The notes under the pieces: generated by a model
Told to the model about the DNA's origin: nothing
Database searches by the model: none
Seen by the model: only the letters and a program-made list of their open reading frames with translations
In this document: piece by piece, positions 12,899 through 28,856 of the stretch
Layout: every line of letters starts with the position of its first letter
Numbering within the stretch: position 1 is the first letter of the stretch
Assembly: GCA_964016885.1 (NCBI GenBank)
Contig: OZ024742.1
Coordinates: 105,710,001-105,774,000, forward strand
Direction: 5' to 3'
DNA length: 64,000 bases
From: Eledone cirrhosa
Taxonomy: Eukaryota
Position numbers and translations under genes: made by a program

Positions 12899-13632
12899 TT
12901 TCAGCTATTACTGAAATAGATTTATTTTACTTTATTCTTATATATATATAAGAATAAAGTAAAATAAATCTATTTCAGTAATAACTGAAACACTATATAG
13001 GCTAAAAACTAAAACAGTTTTTCCAAAATTATCTACAAATCCGTGCTTTACTGCAGTTTCGTTCCGGCAAGAAAATAAATATTAATTTAGATAATTAATT
13101 AATAAAGTAAGACGCCGAAAACTCATCAGTAAGCATGTCTTAAAACATACCTTATGACTTTTACAAGAAAATTTAAGTGAAATGTCTTGCGTTGTTACAT
13201 GTCTAGACAGCAAAAAAAGACACTAATATTATAAATAAAATTCCACGAAATTTTAGCTTTAAAAAAGTAGGTTTAACGTCAAAAGCCAGAGGGTTAAAAA
13301 GAACGCTAGAAATAGACCCATAATAACCTCTAAATTAAAACAACTTTACCAAGATTAATTAAATTAATTAAAGGAAGTATAGGAATTGACTAGAATAAAA
13401 CTATTTCAGTAATATTACAACTTAAATAGCTCAAATAATATACAGGCTAAAAACTATAATTTGTAGAGCTTTTTCCAAAATTATATGTAGGTGTAATAAT
13501 TTACAGTGTATTAAAAATAAGCATCGCAAAAAAATAATTCATTTTAAAATAAAAATATAATTTCACCTACAAATTCTTGCTTATACCGCGGTTTCGTTCC
13601 GGCAAATTTATGAGTAATTTTGTCTCATTCCC

Positions 13633-13715
<83 letters not shown>

Positions 13716-13890
13716 AGCTATTTAAGTTGTAATATTACTGAAATAGTTTTATTCTAGTCAATTCCTATACTTCTTTTAATTAATTTAATTAATCTTGGTA
13801 AAGTTGTTTTAATTTAGAGGTTTTTATGGGTCTATTTCTAGCGTTCTTTTTAACCCTCTGGCTTTTGACGTTAAACCTACTTTTTTAAAG

Positions 13891-13893
<3 letters not shown>
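12895..13893 (-). mobile_element. (TA)n-embedded partial-tandem plus inverted element carrying hammerhead family H3
   Basis: 12895-12940 is inverted at 12951-12995; about 13255-13435 is inverted at 13713-13893; 12968-13072 is directly repeated (with insertions) at about 13400-13605. Confidence 0.7.
13044..13135 (-). ncRNA. Hammerhead fold, family H3, with long AU-rich stem II insert
   Basis: Minus strand TGCTTA-CTGATGA-GTTTTCGGC...GCCGGAAC-GAAA-CTGCAG-TA-AAGCA; second 3' half GAAACCGCGGTATAAGCA at 13578-13603. Confidence 0.7.
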
Positions 13894-13965
<72 letters not shown>

Positions 13966-14041
13966 CGGAGCAAAGGACTCGCGGATAATCCTGTAATTAA
14001 ATGAACTCAAAGGAAAGAGTTTTTCCTGGGCACTTTAAAAT

Positions 14042-14287
14042 ACAATATATCGAGTGGAAAGACACAGAAGAGTGTGTTTTTCTTTACAGGAATTTCAAAC
14101 CACCAGCGTGAAGAGAATATCAGCTACTATAGGAAAAACATTAAAATTAAAAGTATCAATTTTAATTTATACTTTTAATTTTAATGTTTTTCCTATGCCT
14201 CTAGTAGTTTATATTCTCTTCACGCTGGTGGTTTGAAATTTCTGTAAAGAAAAACACACTCTTCTGTGTCTTTCCCCTCTATATATT

Positions 14288-14290
<3 letters not shown>
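14042..14290. repeat. About 250-bp foldback palindrome
   Basis: Left arm (…GGAAAGACACAGAAGAGTGTG…AAAATTAAAAGTAT) is the near-perfect reverse complement of the right arm; centre near 14162. Confidence 0.9.
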
Positions 14291-14341
<51 letters not shown>

Positions 14342-14345
14342 GCAG

Positions 14346-14379
<34 letters not shown>

Positions 14380-14380
<1 letters not shown>

Positions 14381-14632
14381 TTGATCGACAAGATCTCATA
14401 CCTCATTTGCTTAACGACTGGGGTGGAACTCAACCGGACCGAGGAAATAATGTTTCCACTGGTCTTCCCAATTGCTAACACTATCTACCGTTCACAAGTC
14501 CTGGCAGAGGAGCAACGTGAAATAAAGTGTCTTGTTCAGGGACAATACGCATCGCCTGGTCCGGGAATCAAACTCACAACCTCACGATTGCGAATCCAAT
14601 TTCCAATTCTCTAACCCCTCAGCCTTCACTAG
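14380..14632 (-). mobile_element. tRNA-derived SINE family B
   Basis: Reverse complement of the 3919/4141 unit (GAGCAACGTGAAATAAAGTGTCTTG…GCCTTCACT). Confidence 0.85.
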
Positions 14633-14694
14633 GACATCACAAATTGTGATATTTATATATCTATATATAAAACATATAACACACACACACACAC

Positions 14695-14742
<48 letters not shown>

Positions 14743-15061
14743 TTATAGTTGATTGAGTTGCTCTATTTGAAGGAGTTGGTGAGCTATTTCTAGCCCTCCT
14801 ATCAGCCTCTTGTTATCCATTTGATGCTAAAATACACATGCTTTTCATCTATTCCAGCGTGCCATTACTAGCTTTGCTTAACAACGCATACAAGTCAGTT
14901 TTCAATTTCAAGGATATCACAGTTTTTGGTATATTCAAAACAGCATATGTAGTTCTATAATAATAATAATAATAATTACACTCTACTTTCATTAGCTATA
15001 GAGTACTAAGTTGAACAATGTATATATATATATATGTATCTGTATATATGTATATATGCTC

Positions 15062-15115
<54 letters not shown>

Positions 15116-15164
15116 ACACACATATACATATATATATCTAAATACTCTGTTCTCCATCTACTTT

Positions 15165-16890
<1,726 letters not shown>

Positions 16891-17309
16891 TAGAGTTCGT
16901 CAAATCGGACTGAGGAAACAATGTTTCTATTGGTCTTTCCAATTGCTAATAGTATCTGTAGTTGCAACTCCAGGCAGAAGGAGCAATGTGAAATAAAGTG
17001 TCTGTGAATAGAAATCCCAACCTCACGGTTGTGATTTCCAATTCTCTAACCACTCAGCCACACGTCTTCACAATAACAGAAGTCCGATGAGCTTTTGATT
17101 CCAGAGTCGGGCCCGATCAATACAGATCGAACCATGAGCTGATCAATCGCGATAGGTGCATGACACCTTAACAAATATAATGAAAATTTTATACCTGGTC
17201 TATATCATTATTATTAGTACATTCTAATTAGTACACCAAAATGCATACTGGCGACAACGCCGAGTGCTCACTTTGGTGAACCTACAGTAACCTGATGTTA
17301 CATTACCTA

Positions 17310-17385
<76 letters not shown>

Positions 17386-17666
17386 GTGTGTCCGTGTGCG
17401 TCTGTGAGCATATGCAAATGCTTATGTAAATGCTTACTCACTTCTGTACGCGCTTCTCCAACAAAGAAAGACCACCATCATAAATTTGTAACTACTCAAA
17501 AGTGAGCGTAGGCAGTAACAGTTGCAATTCTACGTTCAAATGCTGTCGGGAAGGTCTCAGAGCTGATGATGGAGAGACACGGCATCTTTAAACGGAAGGA
17601 GAAAAGGGCGCAAATGTTTGTCATACAGAATAGTGAATAAAAAATGATACATACATACATATATGA

Positions 17667-17986
17667 TAATTGTTTCTACGTTTGGCACAAGGCCAGCAAT
17701 ACCCAGTGCATTACTGGTACTTTATTTTATCAACCCCGTAAGGATGAAAGGCAAAGTTAACCTCGGCGGGATTTGAACTCAGAATGGCAAGGGCCGTAAC
17801 TCTATACGTCAAAGCATGGCGTTCGACCCCCTACCGATACTGCCAATCCACCGCCCTTATATATATATGATAATTGTTTCTACTTTAGGCACAAGGCCAG
17901 CAATTACCCAGTACATTACTAGTACTTTATTTTATCGACCCCGTAAGGATGAAAGGCAAAGTTAACCACAGCGGGATTTGAACTCA
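17667..17986 (-). mobile_element. Two adjacent copies of tRNA-derived SINE family A (MetaSINE-like core)
   Basis: TTGTTTCTAC…GGCACAAGGCCAGCAAT…AAGGATGAAAGGCAAAGTTAACC…GGGATTTGAACTCA at about 17667 and 17870. Confidence 0.9.
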
Positions 17987-18014
17987 TATATATATGATAA
18001 TAATAGTATTTATT

Positions 18015-18287
18015 AAAGTCAGCTCAAAAGTGACACAGAGGAGACTGAGGTTAGCTGGACATGCTCACCGACATCCAGAGTTGACATTGCACTCAGTGCT
18101 CCTTTGGGAGCCCCTACATGGACACACTGGAAGAGGAAGACCAAGGTTGACGTATGTTGATGCCCTAAGGTCAGACACTGGTCTGTTGGAGACGCAGGAC
18201 ATGGCAGCGATAATGAGGGACAGAGACCGCTGGAGAGAACTCGTCCATGGATCTCGGGAATTTTACCCGCCTTAGATAGATAGATAC
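18015..18287 (+). mobile_element. RTE-clade LINE 3' end
   Basis: RRLRLAGHAHRHPE…VLLWEPLHG…GRGRPRLTYVD…MRDRDRWR; (TAGA)n tail. Confidence 0.88.
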
Positions 18288-18850
18288 TTATATATATGAA
18301 CTATATATAATTATATATACGAAAGGGTAGTATGTTGTAGTACCCGATTACCAGTAAGAAAAATAGCTCTATGTAAATTATCAGATGTATTACAAAGCAG
18401 AAATACAGAAATACACAAATTCTGTGCATTATGCTTCGTATATTCACTTTTAATTATACCCTTATTATAACACCTTTCAATATTTTCATATATTTTTACT
18501 GTAATACCATGTATTTGCTTGTTATCATTTTGCATCTGTATTACTTTAATGCATACTATTATTAATTTTCTGTGTAATATGCTTAATATAATCACTTTAA
18601 GTAATAACTTCTTTACAACAGCTCCCAATATTTTGTTGTCTTGTCACTATAATATCATTTTGTTACGCTTGCTTTTCAATATATCACTGACACGGTTTAT
18701 AATAATGTATATTAATGAATGTTCTAAGGACTAGGAATGTAATTACTTGTTTAAACAGTGTGTATGCTCCGATGATTCCAGACAGTTGTTTGGAAGAAAC
18801 GATCGTGAGCAATTAAATGCATTAAGCAAAAATTTGATTGTTTTATATTT

Positions 18851-18889
<39 letters not shown>

Positions 18890-18893
<4 letters not shown>

Positions 18894-19180
18894 GATATTA
18901 ACAAATGGAAACTATATTTATAAAACCATATCTATTTTATTATACATATTTCAAGGATACCATGTTAAATTATGGTATGTTTTCATCAGACAAAATACAA
19001 TATATACCAGTTTTATAAATAAATATTGACGTTACCCTTTCAAAATGCTACCGTTACTTTTGGAAGACATCAGGATAGTTAATATTTATTAATATCGTAT
19101 ATTTACTCCAAATACTTGTCGAGTGTTTTATATCAGCCATGAAAATATTTGCTTGTTGTATCCCAACAATTTAAATAGAA
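18890..19180. mobile_element. Hammerhead family H4 element: inverted copy followed by the sense 3' tail
   Basis: 18890-19075 matches 38582-38765; 19083-19180 is the reverse complement of about 39825-39918; minus-strand CTGATGA…GAAATATGTATA at 18933-18997. Confidence 0.7.
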
Positions 19181-19270
19181 CTTTTGCATATATATATATA
19201 TATATATAAATACACACACACACACATATATATACTCACTTCTTTCTCTCTTTTTCTACAGTCTCCATTC

Positions 19271-19321
<51 letters not shown>

Positions 19322-19352
19322 TCTCTCTCTCTCTCTCTCCCTCTCTCTCTCC

Positions 19353-19417
<65 letters not shown>

Positions 19418-19658
19418 ATATATATTTTTTCTTTACCTTTGTCTCTGTGCGCGTGCGTGCTTGTGTTTTAGGGTTGCTATTAATTCGGTTGTAAAATGTT
19501 GCACGAACACAATTTAGATTTCTAACTCTATTTCACAGCAACGTTCGAGAATTTTAACTAAACCCGGCGAGCAATAGAAGCTTTTATGTTGCCTCATAAA
19601 ACAACTCACATACTCGCACCTACACACACATATGCACAGACATGGTCCGACATACACA

Positions 19659-20309
<651 letters not shown>

Positions 20310-20438
20310 ATTTGTACACCCATACACACATGATTATACACAAACGCACATATATAACTTTATACATATGTGTTTGTGAGTGTGTGCGTGTATATGTGTA
20401 CACACACAGACACACAAACACAGCCACATGTATATATG

Positions 20439-20488
<50 letters not shown>

Positions 20489-20836
20489 TGTATATGTATA
20501 TTTGCACACAGATAAGCACATACTATCATACACACAATAAAAGAACACACAAACAATCAAAAAAACCATTCACTGTGATACCCATTTTCACATGCACACA
20601 TATCAACATACATATACACATATTCATTTCTAAATATTTACTCCCTTATACGTACATACAGATACTGCATTATATAAATAAACTTATACATAGTAAGGCA
20701 CAGATATTTATACACATATTCAAATATCATTTTACTTATCTAATGATAAATCGTGATGCCCATATCTAGGTATATTCCCTGATCTCTTATGCAAAACATG
20801 TTGGAAGGACAATCCTTTTTCAGACAAAATATCTAT

Positions 20837-20950
20837 AATAATTGTTTCTACTTTTGGCACAAGGCCAGCAATTACCCAGTGCATTACTGGTACTTTATTT
20901 TATCGACCCCGTAAGGATGAAAGGCAAAGTTAACCTTGGCGGGATTTGGT
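20837..20950 (-). mobile_element. SINE family A, 5'-truncated
   Basis: Core and tail match family A. Confidence 0.85.
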
Positions 20951-21384
20951 CTCAAAAAATATCTTGCGATATGCCATGTCGGGTGTTCTGGCATGACACT
21001 CGTCGAGATATATTTTTGCAATATTATTATATTATTTCTTTATGAAGAAGGCTTGTCCGTTCGATATGCTTTGCGTAACTGATTAGTGAATTGATAAATG
21101 AATTGACCAGCAGACATACACATAAATGTGCATGATAACATACTATGTAAAATATACAATATGAAAAATTAGCATCCCGTCTTCGTAATTATTTATAAAA
21201 TGTCGGGATGGAAATGTTTTGATTTGAATCCGCACTCTGAGAGCAGAACAATACTATTTCATCAATAGAACAGAACTATTGCATTAATAAAGGCCTCGGG
21301 CCAACTACCTTAGAAACGTTCTATATGGAATAAAAACATTTTTATAGTGAAGCTTAGCTTTCTCATACATAATATATATATATT

Positions 21385-21461
<77 letters not shown>

Positions 21462-21465
<4 letters not shown>

Positions 21466-21745
21466 TATTTCTTCTTCTTTTTGGTCTTAATCCGCTTACA
21501 AGACATAGTAAACGTATTAAAACCAATGTGTGCTGATGCCCAGCCTTTTCCGTTCAGTAGGTTTATACGCTCCGTTATTATCCGACTATTTTATTTAGTC
21601 AAAGTTACTGTGAAATTTTCTAATTCAATTTCCATATATATATATTTCGATTTTGAATTTTTATTGGTAGCATGACCTTCTCAAAGTATAACAATATATA
21701 TGTCGATCGACAAGATTCCAAACCTCATTCGCTTAACTAGTAGGG
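21462..21745. repeat. About 280-bp dispersed direct repeat, copy 2
   Basis: Near-identical to 16607-16890. Confidence 0.9.
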
Positions 21746-22469
21746 ATTTCATATGTTGAATTTTAAAAATGCTATTACGCTATGGTCTATTAGTTTTTTT
21801 CTATTCATCTGTATCAAAGAAAAAATGGCAGCAACCAAAACCTTATTATTTGTTTGTTAATTAATTAATTAATTTATTCATTTAATTAATTTAAACATGC
21901 TTGTAAAGCTTGTTAAGCCATGACAAGCTGAGAAAGGTATTTAATGCCTTTTATATAAAGCTGGTAAGTCACGACACACCGGGAAAGGTATCTAATATCC
22001 TTTATAATTAAGAAACATTAACACGAAAAAGACAAATATAAAAAAAGAGGCAAAAAAGCACAAATAAAACAAATTTGAAAAAGACGGACAGCTATAAAGC
22101 AGTTAAATGTTTTCGTAGTCTCTATGTATTGGAAGATCTTGGACAATATATTGTAACTCCAATTGTGGTAGATTTTTTAAAGACTAGTTTTAATAAGGTC
22201 CTCTCCCACGGAGATAGTCTCCACAAGAACATAAAGTGCAGAGGCTTCGAGAACTGAGGTAGTTGAAACCATGACCCATATATTGCTGCTGTAAGTAGGA
22301 GAGTATCAAGACATCAAGTTATTTAATCACAAACCCGCAGATGGGAGACCAAGTATAAATCCTAATAAAGTGTACTCTGCAAAAGCCTCCAAACGACCAG
22401 GAAACGACGTTAAACCAGGCGACGGTTTTAAACTCGGTGACAGAGTGAATCTGTCAATTAGTAACAAGT

Positions 22470-22630
22470 GCAGTTTACCTGATGGTCTTCCGTACAGTTT
22501 CTTCTATCCAATTCCACTCCCAAAGCTTAGGTCAACTCAAAGCTATGACAGAAGTCATACGTTTCACAGGGGATCGACCCTGGAACAATGTGATTGAGAA
22601 GTGAGTAGTTTCTTAACTACATAGGCATGG
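22470..22630 (-). mobile_element. Old tRNA-derived SINE family C; related copies near 37835-37995(+), 41790-41930(+), 44500-44790(-), 48420-48745(-)
   Basis: Shared degenerate CAGTTTCC.TCTA.C.AATT.CACTCACAAAGC…GGTC.AC…GGCTA and a GGATCGAACC B-box. Confidence 0.5.
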
Positions 22631-23407
22631 CTGAAACCCTAGAATTCTAATCAATGCGATGTTTCCAACCATAAAACACGTTAGCGAGAGAACACTTAGC
22701 ACAAACGAGAAGTTTAGATTTATTGCTATAGAATATACTGTTATATGTTGATGTTACTGTGTACAATTAGAGACGAGCGACCACGATCGATTGAAATAAA
22801 CAAGACATATAACTAAAATAGACTTTTATTCACTTTAGAATGATAAGATCGACTGTTTACGAAGAATCATTTTATATATGTGTAGAATCATTAAGAACAG
22901 AGTAAATAACAATTTTGCCACATCATTAACTAGATTGATCATGCTACATGATAGATTGTGTACAAATCGATGAGTAATATCGTCAAGGGATACTTAGGAG
23001 CAAAATATAGTGACCCTTTCAAGAAATAGTGGGATTCTTTGTAAGAACTTGTGTATCAGTGTTTCTTAACCCATGGCTCGTGGTATTATTTTGACAAAAT
23101 CTTTTACTTTGAAATAGTTAATAAAATGTAATTTATTTATTTATTTATTCTATTAACTGTTTAGTCAAAGAGGGGAGGGGGGGATTAATATTATGACACT
23201 TTTCGGGACGTCCGATATTGGTGGGAGAGACAGAGAGTGTGAATATGGAAAATCTTAAGACGAATAATTGCAACAGAGTGGACATGGGTACAGGGCACGC
23301 ATGTATACATTTAACCATAAATATAATGGCCAAAGTACAATATTTACCACAAACAAAAACTGAGGAATATTCCCTCAACAAGAAAACTACCAAATGTTAG
23401 ATTATTA

Positions 23408-23595
23408 TTGGATTGGCAGTATCGGTAGAGGGTCGGACACCATGCTTTGGCGCATAGAGTTACGGCCCTTGCCATTCTGAGTTCAAATCCCACCGAGGTT
23501 AACTTTGCCTTTCATCCTTACGGGGTCGATAAAATAAAGTACCAGTAATGCACTGAGATAATTGCTGGCCTTGTGCCAAAAGTAGAAACAATTAT
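23408..23595 (+). mobile_element. SINE family A, full length
   Basis: TGGATTGGCAGTATCGGTAGAGGGTCGGAC…GAGTTCAAATCCC…GCCTTTCATCCTTACGGGGTCGATAAAATAAAGTACCAG…AGAAACAATTATT. Confidence 0.92.
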
Positions 23596-23739
23596 TTTGA
23601 AAGGTGTGAGTCCCAACACAATAACAGTCGGTCACTATAAATGATGGTTGAGAAAGTTAGATAAAGTACTCCTGGGGACGGAAAAAAATGGACGAAGATG
23701 TCTTTGTCCACATTTTTTCCGCCATCTGGGGTTATTTAC

Positions 23740-24817
23740 CCAATTTTCTCAACTACTAGTGGTCGAATGTTATTGTGGCAATTCGCATTAGGACGCACAG
23801 AATTGACATGTGCAGCCGGGTTGGAAGTGGTATCACGACTGACAAGTTCAGAATCAGTTGACTGGAATTTGCTGACGACATGACATTATTTAACTCCCCG
23901 CCGAGGTTGACTTTGCCTTTCATCCTTACAGGGTCGATAAAATAAAGTACCAGTAATGCACTGGGTAATTGCTGGCCTTGTGCCTAAAGTAGAAACAATT
24001 ATTTAACTCGACAGAAGGTGATTTCCGACTTGCACTTGATAGGTTTGATGCCGAGTGCTGCATGGCTGGAATGAAAATCATTGCTGTAAACATTGAGATA
24101 CTCGTCCTCTCAAGGAAGCCTGCACATTGCACTCTACAAGTGAATGGAGTTCCACTGAAGCAGGTGGAGAAGTTCAATTATCTCGGGGCTGTGTCCGCGA
24201 GTGAAGGAAGTCAGGAGGCTGAATTAAGTGCAAGAATTGCAGGAATTGCAGGAGCTGGTGTGCAGTAATGCGCCAGCTCCAGCATTCGGTAATCAGAAGA
24301 AGGGAGGTTGATGTAAAGGCCATACTCGCTATTTTCAATTCGGTATTCGTGTCAGCCCTTACCTATGGTCCTGAATCTTGGGTAATGATCGAAAAAATAC
24401 GATCGTGAATACAAGCGGCCAAGATGGGGTTCCTCCAAAGGGTCTATGGAGTAACGTTACTCCATAGAGTGCCTAGCTCGGAGATCAGAGAGTCACTCCA
24501 TGTAAAGCCGCTACTTCTCTGAATTGAGAGGTCACAGCTCTGATACTTTGGGCATGTGGTTAGAATGTCTGAGGAAAGAATCGTTTGACAGATTTTACAG
24601 GCAAAACAAACCGGCAGGAGACCCAGGGATAGACCCTGAGCAAGATGGTTGGATAACATCCATGAGCTTAGCTGGTCTCGCTTGGGGATCGAGCCTGATC
24701 AGTTTGAAACGGTTGCTTTCGACAAGATCCACTGGAAGGAGTGTTTGGGGACTCTGCCCCCACGACCCTCTCAGGAATAAGTGGGCGAAGAAGAAGAAGA
24801 AGAAGAAGAAGAAGAAA
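23740..24817 (+). mobile_element. RTE-clade LINE 3' portion, decayed, interrupted by a SINE
   Basis: LEFADDMTLFNSTEGDF…AGMKI…LKQVEKFNYLG…LTYG…AA.MGFL.RV; (GAA)n tail at 24787-24817. Confidence 0.88.
23897..23997 (+). mobile_element. 5'-truncated SINE family A with a 12-bp target-site duplication
   Basis: ATTATTTAACTC at 23885-23896 and 23998-24009. Confidence 0.92.
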
Positions 24818-25929
24818 AGTTGATTTCGAACACAAAGGGACATAACTAAATGCCGCAAAGTATTTTATCCGGCGCTCTAATGATTCTGTCAATCCACCGC
24901 TCCTCACACGGACTAAATGGTGGTTCTTAAGTTAGGCTCAAGGGTAGCCATCTAGAAAGTTGGGCAAGTCTGTTGGATGAGAGATAAATATGACTTTGGC
25001 GAGATTTGAACTCAGAATGTAAAGAGACGGAACAAAAGCCGCAAAGCATTTTATCTGACGCTCTAACCACTCTGCAAATTCACCACCCTTCCCTGACTAC
25101 ATATTAAAAAAACACAACAATCTACTTACACAGAGAAGCTTGAAAATACTTTTCATATAAACACATGTTATACACAAACTTGTCAACATACTTACACACA
25201 TGCACCTATTGACTTAAAAACATGTAGAAACTCATAAAAAGAAGAAAAAAATAGCTATTTAAACTAATAAATAGGTTTACAGACAAAAACACACACAAAC
25301 ACAAAAACATGCATACACATACACCTCCTGTCATGCATAAACAAACACACAATACATGGCAACATAAGTCTTTTTTCTCATTTGCGTTAAACTCAAAACG
25401 TCAAATCAAAACCTCACCATAAAGCACATAACATTTTTTTTCGTTAATTTCTTGCGAGATTTTTCGATATGGTGTCAGAATGAGAAATTTGTTTGTTTTT
25501 ATATTCGGCCATTGTTTAGGCTGTACTCTCAAGAATTATGAGGACTGATGTTAGACCTCTGACAATGAGAATTCTAAACGCAAACCCGAGACTTCGCGAG
25601 AAGCCATAATTTCTACCGTCTCAGCTTGAATGTTTTTTTTAACAAATGGGAATTGTTGTTATAAATGTTGCAATCACAATACATTGGTGCCATATACACT
25701 TTATAGTTTGTTTTAAGCATTTTGTCGTAAATAATACGGTAGATTCAACTTAATAGACCAAGCAAATCCTCATTGTGACAACGACTGAAGTGAACGTTAC
25801 AATAGCTAATGTCGCTTTGAAATAGATACTCGCAGCTCGAATGTAATTTTTTATTAGTTTGTCTGAGGAGAAACTGTGTCTATAACCTACATGGGAATCC
25901 TAAACTAAGGGAGAAGAAAAAGTAAGGAA

Positions 25930-26283
25930 GGTTAATCCGGTTAAAGTTCAGTTTGAAATCTTACGGGTTTAGAGTTTGTTATTGTCGGTGGTGGTAGTGG
26001 GGGAAACTTTGGAAGAGAAAGGATTCCAGAAGCATACTGTTCTAGAAGAGGAAGCATTAAATGAAACTCTTCATCTGGGACCTGAATGGTTGACACACGG
26101 CCGAGAGACTGGTGCAATATGTAGGTTTAAGTCGATGAGCTATAGGGTCATCGAATCAAGAAAATATAGAGTAATATTGTTCGAGAAGTCAGAGAGAGAA
26201 TACATCAAGACGAAGTGGGCATGTAGTTATTTTTTATAGAGGGGAATTAGTAGATATGGTGAAATGTGCCCCGACTATATCCG

Positions 26284-26351
<68 letters not shown>

Positions 26352-27150
26352 TACATTTGAGTATGAAGCACCATAGAGTATCCCTTTTACAGGGTGAATG
26401 CTCGCTAGAAAGACTGAGCAAGAAACTGTGAGAAGAATCAGTCATTTTATTCATGACTAAATTTGAGATCACGAAATTTAAATGAATTTCTCTCAGGTCT
26501 TGAATAATCACGCCCACCCCCTTATTAATTTTTTAGATTTTTTTCCAACCCCCTACTTTTATTCCACCCTTCCCCTGCTTATTAAACTTTGCTAATCTAT
26601 CTCCGGCGAAATTTTATTGTGATTCATATCGATACAGTAACTGGAGAATCTAATAATAATCTTATTTTACATTAAAAAAAACATTATATATGACAAAAAA
26701 AGAACATTACAAAAAATCCCATATTTACGAACCTACACTATACAATTACCGTCTCTCAACCTCCGGTTATCCCCTCCGTTACCTCCACCACTAATCCCCC
26801 CGCTTACCCCTCCCCCTATTATTTGGGACCCGAGAATAAAAGAAAATGCAGTGGGGGAAGCGAATGAGTGCCGGAGTTTCACAGTGATAATTTAGGACAT
26901 GTCTTATTAGATCTCATCAACAAGGTATGGCTAACCATTACTGCAGATCTTAAATAACCAGAGAAGTTGTTAGGATGTCCGGAGACAAAGTAGCGCTATA
27001 AGTTAAAAAAAACGATGACAGAAGGAAACTATACAGGAACGGCGTAGGATGAAAAGAGCACTCAGCCACATATGTATCAATACCAACATGTTTACTTCCT
27101 AGGGGAAATAGGAAGATATACTGCCACAGAAGCTAACATCACCAAGTGGG
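25930..27150 (-). mobile_element. Highly decayed CR1/L2-like LINE 3' portion
   Basis: Minus-strand translation remnants resembling S..RT...WN.L near 26010-26055 and a degraded SGVPQGS-like stretch near 27085-27125; heavily disrupted. Confidence 0.35.
26489..26837. mobile_element. MITE with imperfect terminal inverted repeats (Tc1/pogo-like)
   Basis: TCTCAGGTCTTGAATAAT … ATTATTTGGGACCCGAGA. Confidence 0.55.
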
Positions 27151-27278
27151 TTTCTTAATTTAGTCTAGATCCCTGTTTATTATCTATTTCTCTTCTCTTC
27201 TTTTTTGTTATATCTATCTGTGAGAAGCAGGACATGGACAGCACATCATATCTACCCTACATACATACATACATACAT

Positions 27279-27309
<31 letters not shown>

Positions 27310-27317
27310 TATATGTA

Positions 27318-27364
<47 letters not shown>

Positions 27365-27453
27365 ATATAGTATATAACTATACATATATGTTTGCACGGA
27401 AATATGTGTGTGCAAACACAATAACTAACGCATACAGAGGCACACACACACAT

Positions 27454-27521
<68 letters not shown>

Positions 27522-27889
27522 ATATAAATGTATGTATGAATATGCACACACATACACACACACGCACACATATGCAGAGACATACTTTTACATGCTCATA
27601 TACACTTACACATTGCATCAATTATACCACAAAGAATGAAGAAAGGCATATATGGTGGAGGGGGACTGATGATTCGCCATTCACTATAGCATCGCTATTG
27701 TTTATGGAGATTTTATGACCGAAGTGTCACCATCCGATGAAGATAACATAAATAACAGCACCATAACATAAGGGTAACTGGATACCCGTTACTTAATTAA
27801 CGCATGATCTTTGGGTGGAGCACACACTATAGGGAACCAACTAAGAATATGTAGTAAATGAAGAATATGAAAAGAATTAAGATATAATA

Positions 27890-28097
27890 ATAATGGTTTC
27901 TGATTTAGGCACAAAGCCAACAAACTTTCGGGGAGGGGGAAAGTCGATTAAATCGACCCCTGTGCATTACTGGTACTTTATTTTATCGAGCCCGTAAAGA
28001 TGAAAGGCTAAGTAAGCTAAGCCCGGCGGGATTTTAAATCAGAACGTAATGGGTCGTAACTTGCATGTTGTACGACGTTCTAACGACTCTGCCAGTT
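27890..28097 (-). mobile_element. SINE family A, older variant
   Basis: GGCACAAAGCCA…ACTGGTACTTTATTTTATCGA…GATGAAAGGC core. Confidence 0.75.
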
Positions 28098-28157
28098 AAT
28101 ATAATATGTATAGGTAAATGATATATAATAAATATCTCACTATATATATATTACCCG

Positions 28158-28214
<57 letters not shown>

Positions 28215-28215
<1 letters not shown>

Positions 28216-28505
28216 TTGTGACGCCAAACTCCGCCAGTTGCAGACTGCGCATCAACATGAGATATCTCTCTCCAAAAAGTTTGATCAACAGCAGCAGAGT
28301 TCGTAGAGTTCAAGTCCAGTCGATAAGGTTGACATTGTCAAGCCATCGTTTTTGGCTGCCGGCCTCTGCTTCTCTTAGCAGCCAACCTTCCTTCCAGGCA
28401 TAACTTACACCACGAGTTGAGCTTTTTATATGACCGTATAGTTTGAGTACTCTTGACTTGACAATTGATGTAATTGCTCTAAGTTTGGTAATGTTGAGCA
28501 ACTCA

Positions 28506-28510
<5 letters not shown>
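28215..28510 (-). mobile_element. RTE-like LINE 3' fragment between (TA)n tracts
   Basis: SIVKSRVLKLYGHIK…KRWLDNV. Confidence 0.65.
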
Positions 28511-28560
<50 letters not shown>

Positions 28561-28856
28561 AAATAAACTAACTTTCGGTGAATACTATGTTGGTATATTT
28601 ATATTTTTTCTTTGACCTCGCGTCGGTGTGTGTGAGTGTGTGTGTACCCACTCACATTAACTGTGACCGACTGTAATTCTACAGATTTGATGTCCAGCGT
28701 CTTGAGAGATAGAGACTTGATAGTTTTATGACCCTAACTGAAGACGATAGCAGTCGCCGTGTTTTGACTGCTTGATCTTCGTATGAGGGACTAAACTCTG
28801 TGAGTGAACATCGTTAATTTTCTCCCTCATATCAAGGATTTGAAGACAATTCATTT

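Noticed and set aside
18765-18811. Hammerhead-like TGCT-CCGATGA-TTCCA…TGGAA-GAAA-CGATCG-TG-AGCA
   Set aside because: Stems are good, but U4 is C and the triplet is GUG; treated as an inactive relic.
22075-22257. DFLKTSFNKV resembling the LINE RT DxxKAFD motif
   Set aside because: Short and isolated; insufficient support.
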